A DNA stretch of 63,419 nucleotides, filler included, from Rhabdomonas costata (Eukaryota), in NCBI GenBank assembly GCA_019059605.1. It is 33 parts of 33 records of this genome, joined end to end, with 100 filler letters (N's around TTAATTAATTAA, not from the genome) between each part and the next. Parts side by side here need not be neighbours in the genome. Positions count along the whole stretch, not along the records: positions 9,638 to 11,463 come from JAHMHO010008522.1; positions 11,564 to 13,388 come from JAHMHO010008523.1; positions 13,489 to 15,313 come from JAHMHO010008524.1; positions 15,414 to 17,237 come from JAHMHO010008525.1; positions 17,338 to 19,162 come from JAHMHO010008526.1; positions 19,263 to 21,087 come from JAHMHO010008527.1; positions 21,188 to 23,012 come from JAHMHO010008528.1; positions 23,113 to 24,937 come from JAHMHO010008529.1; 25 more parts are not named here. One strand, written 5' to 3'. The notes under the pieces are model-generated. The model had not been told where the DNA came from and did no database searches. It worked only from the letters and a program-made list of their open reading frames with translations. Both the position numbers and the translations under genes were made by a program. Within the stretch, counting starts at the first letter, position 1. Each line of letters begins with the position of its first letter. Of this stretch, positions 11,199 to 23,207 are shown piece after piece.

Positions 11199-13488
11199 GT
11201 CTTTCTACGCTGTCTCCCCTGTCTGATCATTCACTCTCAGCTTCCGCTCCTGAAACGAAGACGACCCTCGGGACAAAGACAGAGCACGAGGAGTTAAACA
11301 AGTGGCGTTCCTGTAAACGCTACTCGTGAACGAAAGGGTGATATGACTCTCATCCGTTTTTTTGGGCAGCTGCTATTCATCAAATACCTGTAGACCCTAG
11401 ACTTACTTCAGCCTCATCCTGTGCTTGAAAAGCATCGGAAGAATCAGTTGAGGAAAAACCACCNNNNNNNNNNNNNNNNNNNNNNNNNNNNNNNNNNNNN
11501 NNNNNNNTTAATTAATTAANNNNNNNNNNNNNNNNNNNNNNNNNNNNNNNNNNNNNNNNNNNNTTCTGGAATATCCATGGCTGAAAGCCATTGGCTATGC
11601 ATCGCTCAATGTCCGATTACTCCAAAGATGACTCCAGAAATATAAGCCTATATATTTATTTAGCTGTTTGAGGGTGGTATTCACGTACCTCATGCATTAG
11701 AGGTTCCGGCAGGCATTACGGAGGTAGTCTTACAATCTACGCAGCGCTCCTTAGTCAGTGGCCTGATAATGGTAACACGCTTCTCACAAACTCCGGTATT
11801 TTGTGGGAAAGTGAAATAATATTTGAAAAGTCCGACTTATTGTCTTTGGAGTACCGAACGTTGATGACATCAGTACTGGTTACTGGTTGGTTTCATTCAT
11901 ACGTTGCATGTGCCTTTAGTGTGTACTGCATCCTAGTCACATCTGGTTTATTTATCTGGCTGCACACCCTAAATTACTGACTACCATGGCATGCTCTCCC
12001 ACGTGAGTCATAACGCATCTCTTTGGAGGCATAGTATAGTTGAACAAAGACAAAACAAAGACACGATGTGTAACAAAATCCATTTGGAAATACCCAACGA
12101 GATGCATCAGAATGGGTACAAAATTTGGTGCGTGTTGTTTTTGATGCGGCAAAAACGACGCGCCATTTTTGAAGAATTTAGGTGTATTGGCAGTTTATTG
12201 GTGGCAGTTTTTGAGGTTTGCCTTCAATAGCCCATTTCAACCGTGGGGATCCAGAGAAAACCACAACGGTGCACAATTATAGATCTACGACTTAGCATTG
12301 ATGTCCAATCAAAAGCCATCACTAACCCACCATTTTTGCAATGTTTAACAGCGGGCGCACTAGCAGCATCCAGGGCCGTAAAACTGGCCACTTATCCAGT
12401 CTGAAGTTATAAAAATGTCGAAAGGGTAATTTTTAACGCTGGTGTTTTGAAATTGGACCAGAAGTTGGCCTCATCTTTGCGCGGCCTACCTGCTTAAATG
12501 TACAGAGCACGCTAATTATATTGGATCTTTTCCACAGCTTAATGGCGCGCCCTGCCATTGGGGGTATTGACCTTGGGGGCATTGGGTGGTCAATTTTTGG
12601 CAGCGCTCGAAAGAAACCCCGGGGATCCCAAAGCAGAGGATGCAGACACCCACACACGCTAAGCAGCTGTTCGCACATGTGGGTCCGTGTGCCAACTAAC
12701 TAACCTGAACACACTTTTTGTTGCGCCAGCGAGGTGCATCCCCGAAAAGACCGTGTGGCAGCGACAAGCCGAAGCATTCCGGCCCTCTGCAGTGGCCAAC
12801 ATAAAGCGCGGCAGTACTCTTGGGCTTTGCCCTTGTAGGTATGCTACGGAGGTCCGGCTGAAGCTCAGTATGAAGGCCTGCAAAGGCCCAAACAGGGCAC
12901 CCCAGGACCTTGAAAATGCGTTCAGTCAAATAAATCTATTTATTTGACTGTTTATTTAAATTTACAAATAAGGTTTTAATAGGCTCAAAATGGACCCTTC
13001 AGGATAACTGGATTGGCAAAAAGGAATTCATGTTCACACACACTCATTGCGGTCATTATAATGGTTCCTCTTCGGCAATGCATCCCTGCTTAATCCTGTT
13101 AGAGTTTCCAAACCTCCACTGTTGTGCATGAGCTCTGCAAAAGCCGCCATTCAGCCACAGTACCAGTTGATCGTCCGCAACATTCATAGTATGTTAGTGC
13201 CCATCGTCATGTATCATGACGGACCACGTGCGAGCCAGAGACCCACAGGGCTAACTCACGAGGAAGTCAATTGGAGGCGAACCCCACAACCCAGCCCACC
13301 CCCCGGTGACGCCTGGGAGGGTCGGGGTGAGCACCCACGTCTTCCACACCACAGCCAAGTTGACTAGTGCACGGGCCGCAATCGCAGGNNNNNNNNNNNN
13401 NNNNNNNNNNNNNNNNNNNNNNNNNNNNNNNNTTAATTAATTAANNNNNNNNNNNNNNNNNNNNNNNNNNNNNNNNNNNNNNNNNNNN

Positions 13489-14865
13489 GGGGGGGTGGCT
13501 GGGACGGCCACCGCGGCTGAGGCAAGCTGCGTGCATAGCTGCAGAAAGGCCTCGTTCTTCGCGGCGAACTCGGTCTCCACATTGACCTGTGGCGGGCCAT
13601 AGGGTGGTAGCAACAGATCACTCCAAGGTTAAGAACAAGCCGCTTTTATTTAAGGCTTTTTTCTCAAATGGATGTTGCTAGGCGCAGAAGTCGGAGTTTC
13701 GAAAATTCGTTTCGAAGTCTAATTAACGGAAAAGTTTTAATTCACCATATCAAAAGTGCAGAAAAAGAAATCAAGAGAAAACGAAGTGTGCGGCAGCTTC
13801 AAGCATTTTCGGGAGACAAATAAAACAGGAAAGAAAAAACAAGAAAACCGTCTCACAGTTCAGGGAAGCAGAGCACGGGCAAGACTATGCACCTTGGAAT
13901 ACCCAGACATGCACACACATGTACAAACACTTTGTGCACTTGGCAAGATGAATTAATACTGGGGAGGACTCGAAGTCCGCTTCCTCCCTGGGTTTCACAC
14001 GCAGACAGAAGATAAAGGTTGTAAGTGGAGGCTTGCGACCGAGACCAAGGAGGGAGGGAGAGGGAGAGGGAGAGGGAAGTGGGGAGTGGGTTCTGGCCCT
14101 TACCTCCACCAGGGCGCCCACACGGCGGCACGGGGTGAACCCGGCACAGATCACCCCCTTGGGGGTGCTACGGCCGATCTTCGTGGCAGCCACCCGCAGC
14201 CCCTGCTGGCCCAGCCACTCCGCAGCCTTGGCAAGATCACCCTTTGACACAGCCACCATAAACAACACACCGAGCCGCCCGACACCCTTGCAGGGAGTTA
14301 TATAGAGATCCAGGTGTGCCCAACGACAAGATAGAAGATCTCGCGCGGGGTTAGGTGGGGGTGCACTTGTGTCCGGGACAAGCTCGAAGGTCTCGAAGGG
14401 TTAGGGAGCGACGCACGTGTTCCTGCATGTATACGGTAAGGGGAAAGAGGTGCGGAGCCCCCCCGCACAACACACCACCACCATTGGGTCCCAAAAATGC
14501 CCTTCTAGGGGTGGGGGGGAACAAAATGCACCTAGGCTTTCCAAAGACGGAGCAAAAAATGAGACGCGCTCTTCACAACGCGTTTTTACTGCGTTTGTAT
14601 ATCACTGCACGGGTTGTCTGGCGTAATGCAGAAAAGTGGGAGAAGAGATTGTTTTGTGGAAGACCAGGACATGTGCTGCACACACACACACGGACGGTGA
14701 GCGTAAAATCTGAAGACCCGGGTTGCCAGGTGGGCCGTGCTTTTTCTTTTGGGGCGAAGGGTAACCAAAGGGGTGCACCTGGCTGTGTTCCAGGGCCTGC
14801 TTGCACGCCGACAGCCCGGCCCCCGTTTGCTGACGCAGGGCAAGCACAAGGTTCTTCGCAGACAT
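13489..14865 (-). CDS. TSFM: Organellar translation elongation factor Ts, 5' part (exons 14865-14779, 14241-14104, 13586 to contig end)
   Basis: LVLALRQQTGAGLSACKQALE|GDLAKAAEWL..KIGRSTPKG..ALVE|VNVETEFAAKNEAF matches the EF-Ts N-terminus and the EVNxETDFxA motif; phase-0 GT-AG introns. Confidence 0.92.
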
Positions 14866-16475
14866 CGCCGTGAGGAAACGGAGAAAAGTGGAGCAGGAGG
14901 TGGTGGTAGAAGTGTAGGGAGGTGAGGGAAGAAAAGGGTACCAAGAGAACTACGAAGTAGTCTTCAAACAAAGAGGTAACAAAAGACAATTACAGAAGGC
15001 GATGGGAAGATCAATTTGCGGGGGTTGGACTTAGGGATAGGAATAACGAATTGTCTTCAGAGACTAGGTCAACCTGAATTAGAATTTCCCGAAAATCTCA
15101 CTTACGGGGCTAAATAGAAGTCCCTGGTCTTCTTTTAACTTTTGACCGAACAAAGGCGAAAGGCTGCGAGGCCATCGTTGCACCCCATGGCGTGAATACT
15201 GGCATGAGGTTGGGGGGGATTCACCTCAGCTGCAAGGTCTGGCCGAAATGTGTTTTATTGGTCCCAGTGTTCGGAACGCTTCGCTTTCCTGGCCTGCTAT
15301 TAATCCACCACCCNNNNNNNNNNNNNNNNNNNNNNNNNNNNNNNNNNNNNNNNNNNNTTAATTAATTAANNNNNNNNNNNNNNNNNNNNNNNNNNNNNNN
15401 NNNNNNNNNNNNNGGTTTTTGTGGAGCAGGAAAAGTATGGGTGGGGACCTCGTGCCCGCCGGACATCTAGTCAAAGAGATGAAGAAACCAGGTCCCGGAC
15501 TGCGTTTGGACCCTGTTTTTGTTGAATGGGCTACGTAAACCTTCACTTGGCAGCAAGTTGAGGCAATGCTTGACAGAAACTATGCTTCTCTCGAAGGAGT
15601 GGAAGCAGATGTGTGCTCTTCCTCACGCTGTGGGTTGTCCCCCCCACACACACAGGTGCAACGTTACCTTTGAGTGATGCGCGAAGACGGGGAAAACGTA
15701 AGCGAGTTATTCGAGCACGTGGCAAATGATATTCTTCTCTCGTAACCGACTCCCAGCGACTTCATCATCCAGCTGAGCATGGGAAGAAGCCCGTTTTCCA
15801 TTAATCTCTTTCACCCATCCGTTTTTTGCTCCCCCTCTCTCATCTTCGTTGTGATTTAACTCGGGTCTGAAATTTGCTCGTCCCATGTTTGGATTATCCT
15901 TTTTTTTTGCATTTCTGGCTTTGTTTCGTGCCTCTGTGGCTGGGTTGCTGTCTTTGCTCCATGCTGCTGAATATTCGACACCTCGGAAACATGAAACGCT
16001 TCCTTCCACTAGTTTCTATTGGCGCTGGGGCATTAGGAGGTGCATGTTGTGTGCACGGACCCTACACGTGCAGGTCTCACCACCTTATTAGCACGTGCAA
16101 AGAAGACCTCAAAGGGGGCTAGGGAGCGATGCGCGTGTGCACCAGGACAAGATAAAGGATCTCACTGGGGGTTAGGGAGCGATTCACGTTCTTCATCATA
16201 CACACGGGGGGGAAGGGTGCAGAGGGGCAGTGATGGAGTCACATTCTCTGGGAATCACCCATACCCACACCCATGACACTGCAGAAGCTGTTTTAGTGGA
16301 TCCACACCGTGGACTGCTTGCCAGCATGTCCAGAATACTTGCACCCGATACGGTTCCTCTGCCTCAAAACTCTCACAAGGCAAAGGGCTCAAGAAAGCCA
16401 ACGGTGGAGACGAAACTAGTGGTCTGCGGCCACTTGCTGGTGTGGGGGAGAAGGGAAGGGAATGGGAGCCGGCAC

Positions 16476-17203
16476 CTCCGTTGGCGCGGCCAGGCACAAC
16501 TTCACCCTAAGCCCCGCGGGAAGGCCCTCCGTGGCGGTGGTGACGAGCTCAGTCTTCCACTCAAACGCGAGCTCCTCCAGGGTGTCCTCCAGCTCCAGGG
16601 CACCCTCCTCCTCTCCGCTCTCGGCCTAAAAAAAACAAGAAAATGTCTTGCGGTATTGGAGCAGCGTGACTTGAGTTAAGAAAGAAGACGCTGTGTTATA
16701 AATGTCCCGCCAAGTTAGTCAGGCTTGGCAAAATAAGACAGAAAGGGAGTGGAACAAGGAAGACAACGCTGCCGAGGAATGGGCAGGAGGACGGCGAGCC
16801 ATGCATCAATGGGTGGAGTTTTAACACCTTCAAACGCCTCCTATACCTCCCAAATCATCAAAACTACATATCCTGGCCCACTGCGGTGCGTGAGCGCAGT
16901 TCTCCTGGGCTCCACACCACACGCAGGCTAGACTTTGAGCTGGATATGCAAAGGGCCAAGTTGTGCTCGTCAATTCCACTCAAGAAATGCCCCCCCCCAA
17001 TTCCCAACATAGGCCCTTTGACTGCATGAAGCGCCTTTTGTGACTTCGAAACGCAAAACAGAAACACGAGCGCGTGCACAAACCTTGATCAGGCCCTGCA
17101 GCTCCACCAACACACGCTGCTCCCACCGCGGACCTCCCTCCGTCAGCATCGCAAGCGCCCACAGCGAGGGCACCCGGTGCAACCCCCGCAGCACCGCACG
17201 AAC
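16476..17203 (-). CDS. Hypothetical protein, two internal exons (17203-17084, 16625-16476)
   Basis: GC-rich open exons of 120 and 150 nt bounded by AG/GT, both phase 0; no family recognised. Confidence 0.55.
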
Positions 17204-17620
17204 CTCCCCCCACAACACACAAACACACCCCAACACANNNNNNNNNNNNNNNNNNNNNNNNNNNNNNNNNNNNNNNNNNNNTTAATTAATTAANNNNNNN
17301 NNNNNNNNNNNNNNNNNNNNNNNNNNNNNNNNNNNNNGGTTTGGTGTTATCATGTGCGAAAAGGGTTGACAGTCTGGAGCCAATCAATGCTGGGCGGCAA
17401 CGTGTGAGTTCCGCAAACTGTGCGAGCAGAGGTGTGATTGTAACGGTCAATGACTCCTTGGGTAATTCATAAAAGGAGGCCACGCTAAGGTTGAAATCAG
17501 TTTTCAAACCCATGACGGAGCACCGCGTATTCGTTCACAGGCAAAATATACATGAGAGGGGCAGGGTGTTGAGCAAACGCCAGCGTCGCCCACAAGGTCC
17601 AAATTGTTGATAGTAGTTCT

Positions 17621-18523
17621 TCAATGCTGTTCCGGCAGCTGTGGTTGAGGCTGAGGCACAATTTTTGTCGAATCAGAGCTGGGCGGAGACCTCCCCGTAG
17701 TCCGCAGCACATCATCCAGACGCTGCGCAAGGGAATACACAAGTTCCTTCATCTCGGTGAGCTGAGACCCAGCCCGACAGCACGCGCTGCAGTTCGGACT
17801 ATCATCCCGAGCACACAGCTGTTGCATATCATCGCAACCCCTAGCAGCCTTGCAAGGTGACAATGGTTCCTCCGGCTGAGTCGCAGCGTCTGCAATGCCG
17901 CGGAGAGGAGCCCCTGAGGAGGCTCGGAGGAGCAAGGCTAGGCCCGGGTAACTTGCTGGAATTGCACAAGAACCAGACGGTACAGACGGTTTGTTAGGAC
18001 TCATTGCAGAAGAATAAGACGGGAAAGACTGGGAAAATTCTGTGGAACAAAGAGTGAAGAGGGTGCGCAGCAATCCAGCAGCAACGTCACTGTGGGCTTT
18101 CTTTCGGAGACTGAGGGCTGGCAAAGTGGACCTCTCACGTGTGGGGAAGTCAAAATTGACCCGTGGAAACGGGGGTGAGGGCACCGTGAAGGGCATGTCG
18201 CCAAAGAAAGGCAACGCAGCGACTCCAGTTGCCGAAACAGGAGAGATAGAGGGGACTGACGTAGAGGAAGCAAGGAGCGAGGAATCTGACCCACATGGCA
18301 GTGACGCGCTTAATGGGGAAGCTTGGACCGGTGGTGAGTTCAACACAGCAATTGTTTTGCAGCTTGGCGCTGGCGCTGGACAGGACTCAAATTGGTTGGC
18401 ACAGCCAGCAGCAGGGGCAGTGGAAAATGGAGAAGGCTTGACACAGCCTCCTCCTCCGCCAGTGCTGAGATCGCAACCATGAAACTTTAAGAACTCGTGA
18501 AGCCCGCCATTCTCAGATGACAT
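17621..18523 (-). CDS. Hypothetical Ser/Pro-rich protein (~300 aa uninterrupted ORF)
   Basis: Long ORF from MSSENGG with a TTTTCGCAG acceptor ~50 nt upstream; low complexity, short coiled-coil-like stretch, no family recognised. Confidence 0.4.
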   Translation of the reverse strand: MSSENGGLHEFLKFHGCDLSTGGGGGCVKPSPFSTAPAAGCANQFESCPAPAPSCKTIAVLNSPPVQASPLSASLPCGSDSSLLASSTSVPSISPVSATGVAALPFFGDMPFTVPSPPFPRVNFDFPTRERSTLPALSLRKKAHSDVAAGLLRTLFTLCSTEFSQSFPSYSSAMSPNKPSVPSGSCAIPASYPGLALLLRASSGAPLRGIADAATQPEEPLSPCKAARGCDDMQQLCARDDSPNCSACCRAGSQLTEMKELVYSLAQRLDDVLRTTGRSPPSSDSTKIVPQPQPQLPEQH

Positions 18524-19833
18524 CGCAATGCGCGGAACAGGGTTGGCCACCACAGAGGCTCCAGAAGCACCTGCGAAAATACAGAGGAATTTCACACGTT
18601 CACATCGAACGATGCACCATTCTTCCCGTATATCATCCAGACAGACAGGGGTTGCATCACTGGTCCACCGTGGACACATGCACACACAGACATACACACA
18701 CAATTACTTTCATAAGAGCTCACTTCATAGGGCTCGTGGCATGGCTCGTGACTTTCGCAAAGTCACCCACCTCGCTCTGCCCATCCAGATCATGTCCTCC
18801 CGTCCTCCCAGCCCCTGGCGGCCCCTGGTGGTCGTCATTTTCTGGGAGTTTCCGCGGTCTCCACGTCGGTATTGCCTTGATTATCTCAACATTCGTAGAG
18901 TAAAGGTGAGCATCTCGGTTTCAAAAGTGTTGGCGATGACCTTGATCTTCGCCCTTGCCTCATTGAGCAATAACCTGCTGATGTCGACAAATTACAAGAG
19001 GGAATAAATGAAAGGTAGGACAGTTGAATGCTGCTACCTCATGAACGACAGAATGCTCCGCAAGGCGGGATTCCTAACCAGACCAAGAGGTGGAGGCAAG
19101 GATCCCGCGAAACTAATCATCCTTCATGATTCTTCAATGAGCACAAGATAATAAACCAACCCNNNNNNNNNNNNNNNNNNNNNNNNNNNNNNNNNNNNNN
19201 NNNNNNTTAATTAATTAANNNNNNNNNNNNNNNNNNNNNNNNNNNNNNNNNNNNNNNNNNNNTTTTGTGGTACAACCTCGATTGATTTTTAGTCCACGGT
19301 AAGTGTGCCAGTTCTCCCAGTGAGCGTTTTTGGTTGGATCTCGAGATCACTGCCGACTTAGGACTTGCGGGGACGAGTGGGGCACCATGATTTTGGTGTG
19401 GGTGAAAGCCAGTTTGCGGGCCTGTGGACAGGGCAGTTGTTGTGGGAACGTGGCCTTCGTGGCCTCCTTGTGGTATTTAGGGACTTCTATCGTATGGTCC
19501 AATTAAAAAACGGTTACCACTGCCCCCGCAAGGACAATAGGTGCCCTTCTCTCCTTTGGCCACTGTCTCAGCTCGAAAAGTCACTACATCAGGCTTTTGT
19601 GACTTTAGAAGCTAAACGGGTGGTGAAAAAAGCTGGTTTCATACCGCATATCGGTTGTGCATGTTTCTCAAACGCTCATTTAATCCTCTAATCTTACAAC
19701 CTTCTTTGAGGGGACGCAGGGCGGTACCACGTTCCCCTTCTTGGTTCTTATGACTTTGCTGTTGGTGGGTTGCCCGTACGTTAGTGATGGTTGCTTCTTG
19801 TCTCTTTTTTTGTGTATGTGTTTTGGAAAAAAG

Positions 19834-20112
19834 GTGTTGTTCCCCCCTGGAACGTGCTTCTACGTGAAGTCCTCGCAGGAGGAAACCCGCGCCCGGTTCC
19901 CGCAGCTTGACGAGGAGTGGAAGCTCCCTTCAGATGTCCTTGTGGTGGAGCTTGCGGAGCTGGAGCTCCCTGCCCGGGGGGCCCTGCACTTGGCGGACCA
20001 GCCCTGGGGTCAGGTGTTGGGGTTCCTGGAGGAAAAGGAGATTCTCGGTGCCACCTTGTGGTGTCGCAGGCTGAGTGGGGTAGCCAGGGCGGAGCTGGCA
20101 CGGCGGCTGCAG
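19834..20112 (+). CDS. Exon encoding the C-terminal part of an ADP-ribosyltransferase-like domain followed by an F-box-like motif
   Basis: VLFPPGTCFYV..VLVVELAEL (the segment that follows ExE in ARTs), then LHLADQPWGQVLGFLEEKEILGATLWCRRLSGVAR (F-box pattern). 279-nt exon, AAG acceptor, probable CAG|GCCTGT donor. Confidence 0.55.
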
Positions 20113-21330
20113 GCCTGTGGACTGTCTTTCTCTGCTCTCTCTCTCTCTGTGTTTTCTCAACTTAGGAATTCTTTTTACAGTACAAGAAAAACTACAGAAA
20201 GTTTGCACATACGAGAACTTTTGGTGAGGGACACCTCCAGGAGCTCATTTGTTTTTTGGGGGGGGCATTGCTCTCTGGTAATACATTTCACCGGACTCGG
20301 GAAGGTGACGGAGGTGACCTGTTTTACATGTCTGTGGTCAACGGCAAACTTGTCTTTTTTCTCAATACACAGATGGAATCTGACGTCTTTTCATCCTGCT
20401 AAGTGTGGAAAAAACACATTTAAATTACTTTCATTTGCATCACGTTGTGCGTCTCGATCCCCTCTTCGCTTGCTTCTTCCTCCTCCTCGACGAGCACTGG
20501 CAGACCCCTTTTTTGCCGCGGGTGCTTCCTCAGGGGCGGATGCCTTCTGGTGCCCGGCAGTCTCCACAAGAGGTACACCTGTTCTCTTTTTATATCAGTT
20601 AAAAAAAAGGTGCTAAATCTATATACCCACATATGCTGACACATCTATTCTGTAGGCTCCACCCTAAACTGAGACTTTTTGTCACCTGGACCGCACTCAA
20701 TTTGTCAGCCTCGACCTTGCTTCCGCACTGTGTTCCCAACGGGATGTCCGATTGGGGCAGAGGGAACTTTTTTGTGGTGTATCTTCACGTGTCCACCAAC
20801 GCCGAAAAAGTGAAGTTATCCTCCTCTATGCAACATGCAACGACTACCATCCAGGGCAAATAGGCTTCATTTCGGACTGTTACTGAGCAATCTTTGTAGC
20901 CATCATGGCAAAGCAGGGAAAAACCACCGTCCACAAAAATCCAGAGTCTCAAGGAGGGGGGCTGCCATGGGGAAAATCCGACTTCAAGAACGGACGCCCT
21001 CACTCTTACTGCGACCCGCGTACAGGGATCGATACACACACGCACCTCCCGATCGCAATGCATGCAACTTACATTAACCCCAAAACANNNNNNNNNNNNN
21101 NNNNNNNNNNNNNNNNNNNNNNNNNNNNNNNTTAATTAATTAANNNNNNNNNNNNNNNNNNNNNNNNNNNNNNNNNNNNNNNNNNNNTCCAATGTTAAGG
21201 AGTTTCAGTGGCGTAGGAACCTCAGTGATGACTCTGATGTGTTCTTTGCACTGCTGCAATGTATGAAGAACGACTGCTTCCAGTGACTTGGTGCCCCCTT
21301 GCTGCCTCTCTCTCTTGGGTCCCTCCGCAG

Positions 21331-22609
21331 GCTGGGATCAAGGCCACCCTGAATGCCCGCACATCAATCCTGGCCGCGGCGAATCCCATTGGTATGGTCC
21401 TCAGCCTCAGTTTCCATCTCAGTCCCGGCAGACATAGCTTTTTCCTGGAGCTTGTAATTTGCTGACAACATCGTGTGGATTTCGAATTCGCGCTTTTTGT
21501 GCGTGTGCGTGTCTTTCCATTGAGGCTGTGCTTTTTTTCAAGGTTAGGTTCCCTTACCTGAGCAAGGTTGTTTGCGGTGTTTGAGGTACTTTCTCTTTTC
21601 GGGGGTGTAGTCCTCTTTTCTCGGCTTCTTTTCATCCTTGAGCGCCGGAATCACTACGACCTTTTACTGTAATAGGTTGTGTTGGTCAGAACCCTTCCTG
21701 CTGTGAACAGATAACTGTGCGTGGCGTTATGCGGTGGTTATTATAGGGGGGCGCTACGACCCCCGCAAGCCTCTCCGCCACAACGTGGGGCTTAGTCCGC
21801 CAATCATGTCTCGGTTCGACCTCTTCTTCGTTGTCCTGGACGAGCAAAAGGCCGCCACAGATCGCCGGTGTGTGTGTGTGTGTGTGTGCAGGTGCGCCCA
21901 TATTGCGCGTGCACATTTATGTGCAGATATCGCTGTGGACATTTTTATTTCGTGAACCAATAATTCATATGAGACGCACAATGGCAAACACAAAAGGTGA
22001 GCTGTTAGGACAACCATTGAAAACAGTCAAGAAAACGTCTATTCTGCGAACTGCTGTGTAGGTTCCGGTATGCATGATACTTTGTCCAAAGTCAAAGGAT
22101 TCCAGGGTTCGCACAAGTTCAGAAACACCCCCCGCATTCCACTATGCACCGGAGGGTACTGCAGAAAAATTATTACAGAAACTTACTACAGAAAAGCTTA
22201 CTACAGAAAATTACTGCAGAAACCTACCTCAGAAAATTCTCGAATTTTTATACCCTTCAAATCGCCATCAAGTGGAAAAGTGTTCGTGTTTTGGTACTGC
22301 CATGTCAGAGTACACAGTTCGTGGAACAAAGGAGTTTCATGAGTGGCAATTGAATCCTATCCGCCACCGCTTTGTTCTGAATATGCTGGTCTTAAGATTA
22401 AGGTTTGCTTGAGCCAAAAGAAGAGTCGCACCAAATTCGCCGCTGGAGGCCCAGTGACTGTGTTTCCCCTTGGAGCCCACAACACAACCCTCGTGTGCTT
22501 TTTTCTCGCTGTCCCCGCAGAATGGCAGAGCACATCCTGATGCTCCACCAGGGTGGCGAGCAGTCCAACCCCACCCCCTTTTCGGTGTCGGACTTTCTGC
22601 TGCACCGCC
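21331..22609 (+). CDS. MCM6: MCM6 replicative helicase subunit, internal fragment (exons 21331-21391, 21747-21867, 22521-~22609)
   Basis: [53 protein letters not shown] with the SRFD arginine finger; [10 protein letters not shown] is MCM6-type. Confidence 0.92.
22157..22237. repeat. Degenerate 13-15-bp tandem repeat (TACTACAGAAAAT-like, 6 units) in an MCM6 intron
   Basis: TACTGCAGAAAAAT/TATTACAGAAACT/TACTACAGAAAAGCT/TACTACAGAAAAT/TACTGCAGAAACC/TACCTCAGAAAAT. Confidence 0.8.
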
Positions 22610-22918
22610 GTAAGGTTTTGCTGCTTGCGGATTGATGCGCTGGATCTCCTTTTGCATTGGGTTTGTGTTAGGACATACGAGAAAGAGGTTTATTTTGCGC
22701 ACCACTGTGCTCCCTGGAATTGTATTCTTGGGGCTCTGTCATATGGCACACGGGCCACTTTTGCGAAATTGGTTATGTTTTCTTTTGAATGTGCGACGTC
22801 TCGTCTGTTACTTGAATGCATCTTCTTATTTTGCAAAGCCCCCTCTTCAGGCTTTGCGATGAACCCTCGGTTGCTACGCGTTGCTTTCGAGCGAAGCTAA
22901 CAGAATAACTTTCGAGAA

Positions 22919-23008
22919 GGTTTTTTGATTACTCGGTGCCCTGCCTGGCACCACAAACACAGGGGCTGGAAAGAGAGTTGGGGCAGGGCACCGAGTAATC
23001 AAAAAACC
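22919..23008. repeat. Perfect 27-bp inverted repeat with 36-nt loop at contig end
   Basis: GGTTTTTTGATTACTCGGTGCCCTGCC (22919-22945) pairs with 22982-23008. Confidence 0.9.
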
Positions 23009-23207
23009 CCCCNNNNNNNNNNNNNNNNNNNNNNNNNNNNNNNNNNNNNNNNNNNNTTAATTAATTAANNNNNNNNNNNNNNNNNNNNNNNNNNNNNNNN
23101 NNNNNNNNNNNNGTGTTGGTTTTAATGGATGCTACCAAACGTTTCTCATGATCATTCCAGCATCCAGCACATTCACTCATCAGAGCCATGGGCATCGCCA
23201 CCTGTAG

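Noticed and set aside
11564-13388. Possible minus-strand exons in contig 7 (~12705-12877, ~13335-13388), and exon-like pieces in 48129-51876
   Set aside because: Splice-like boundaries exist but I could not fix a frame or recognise a family.
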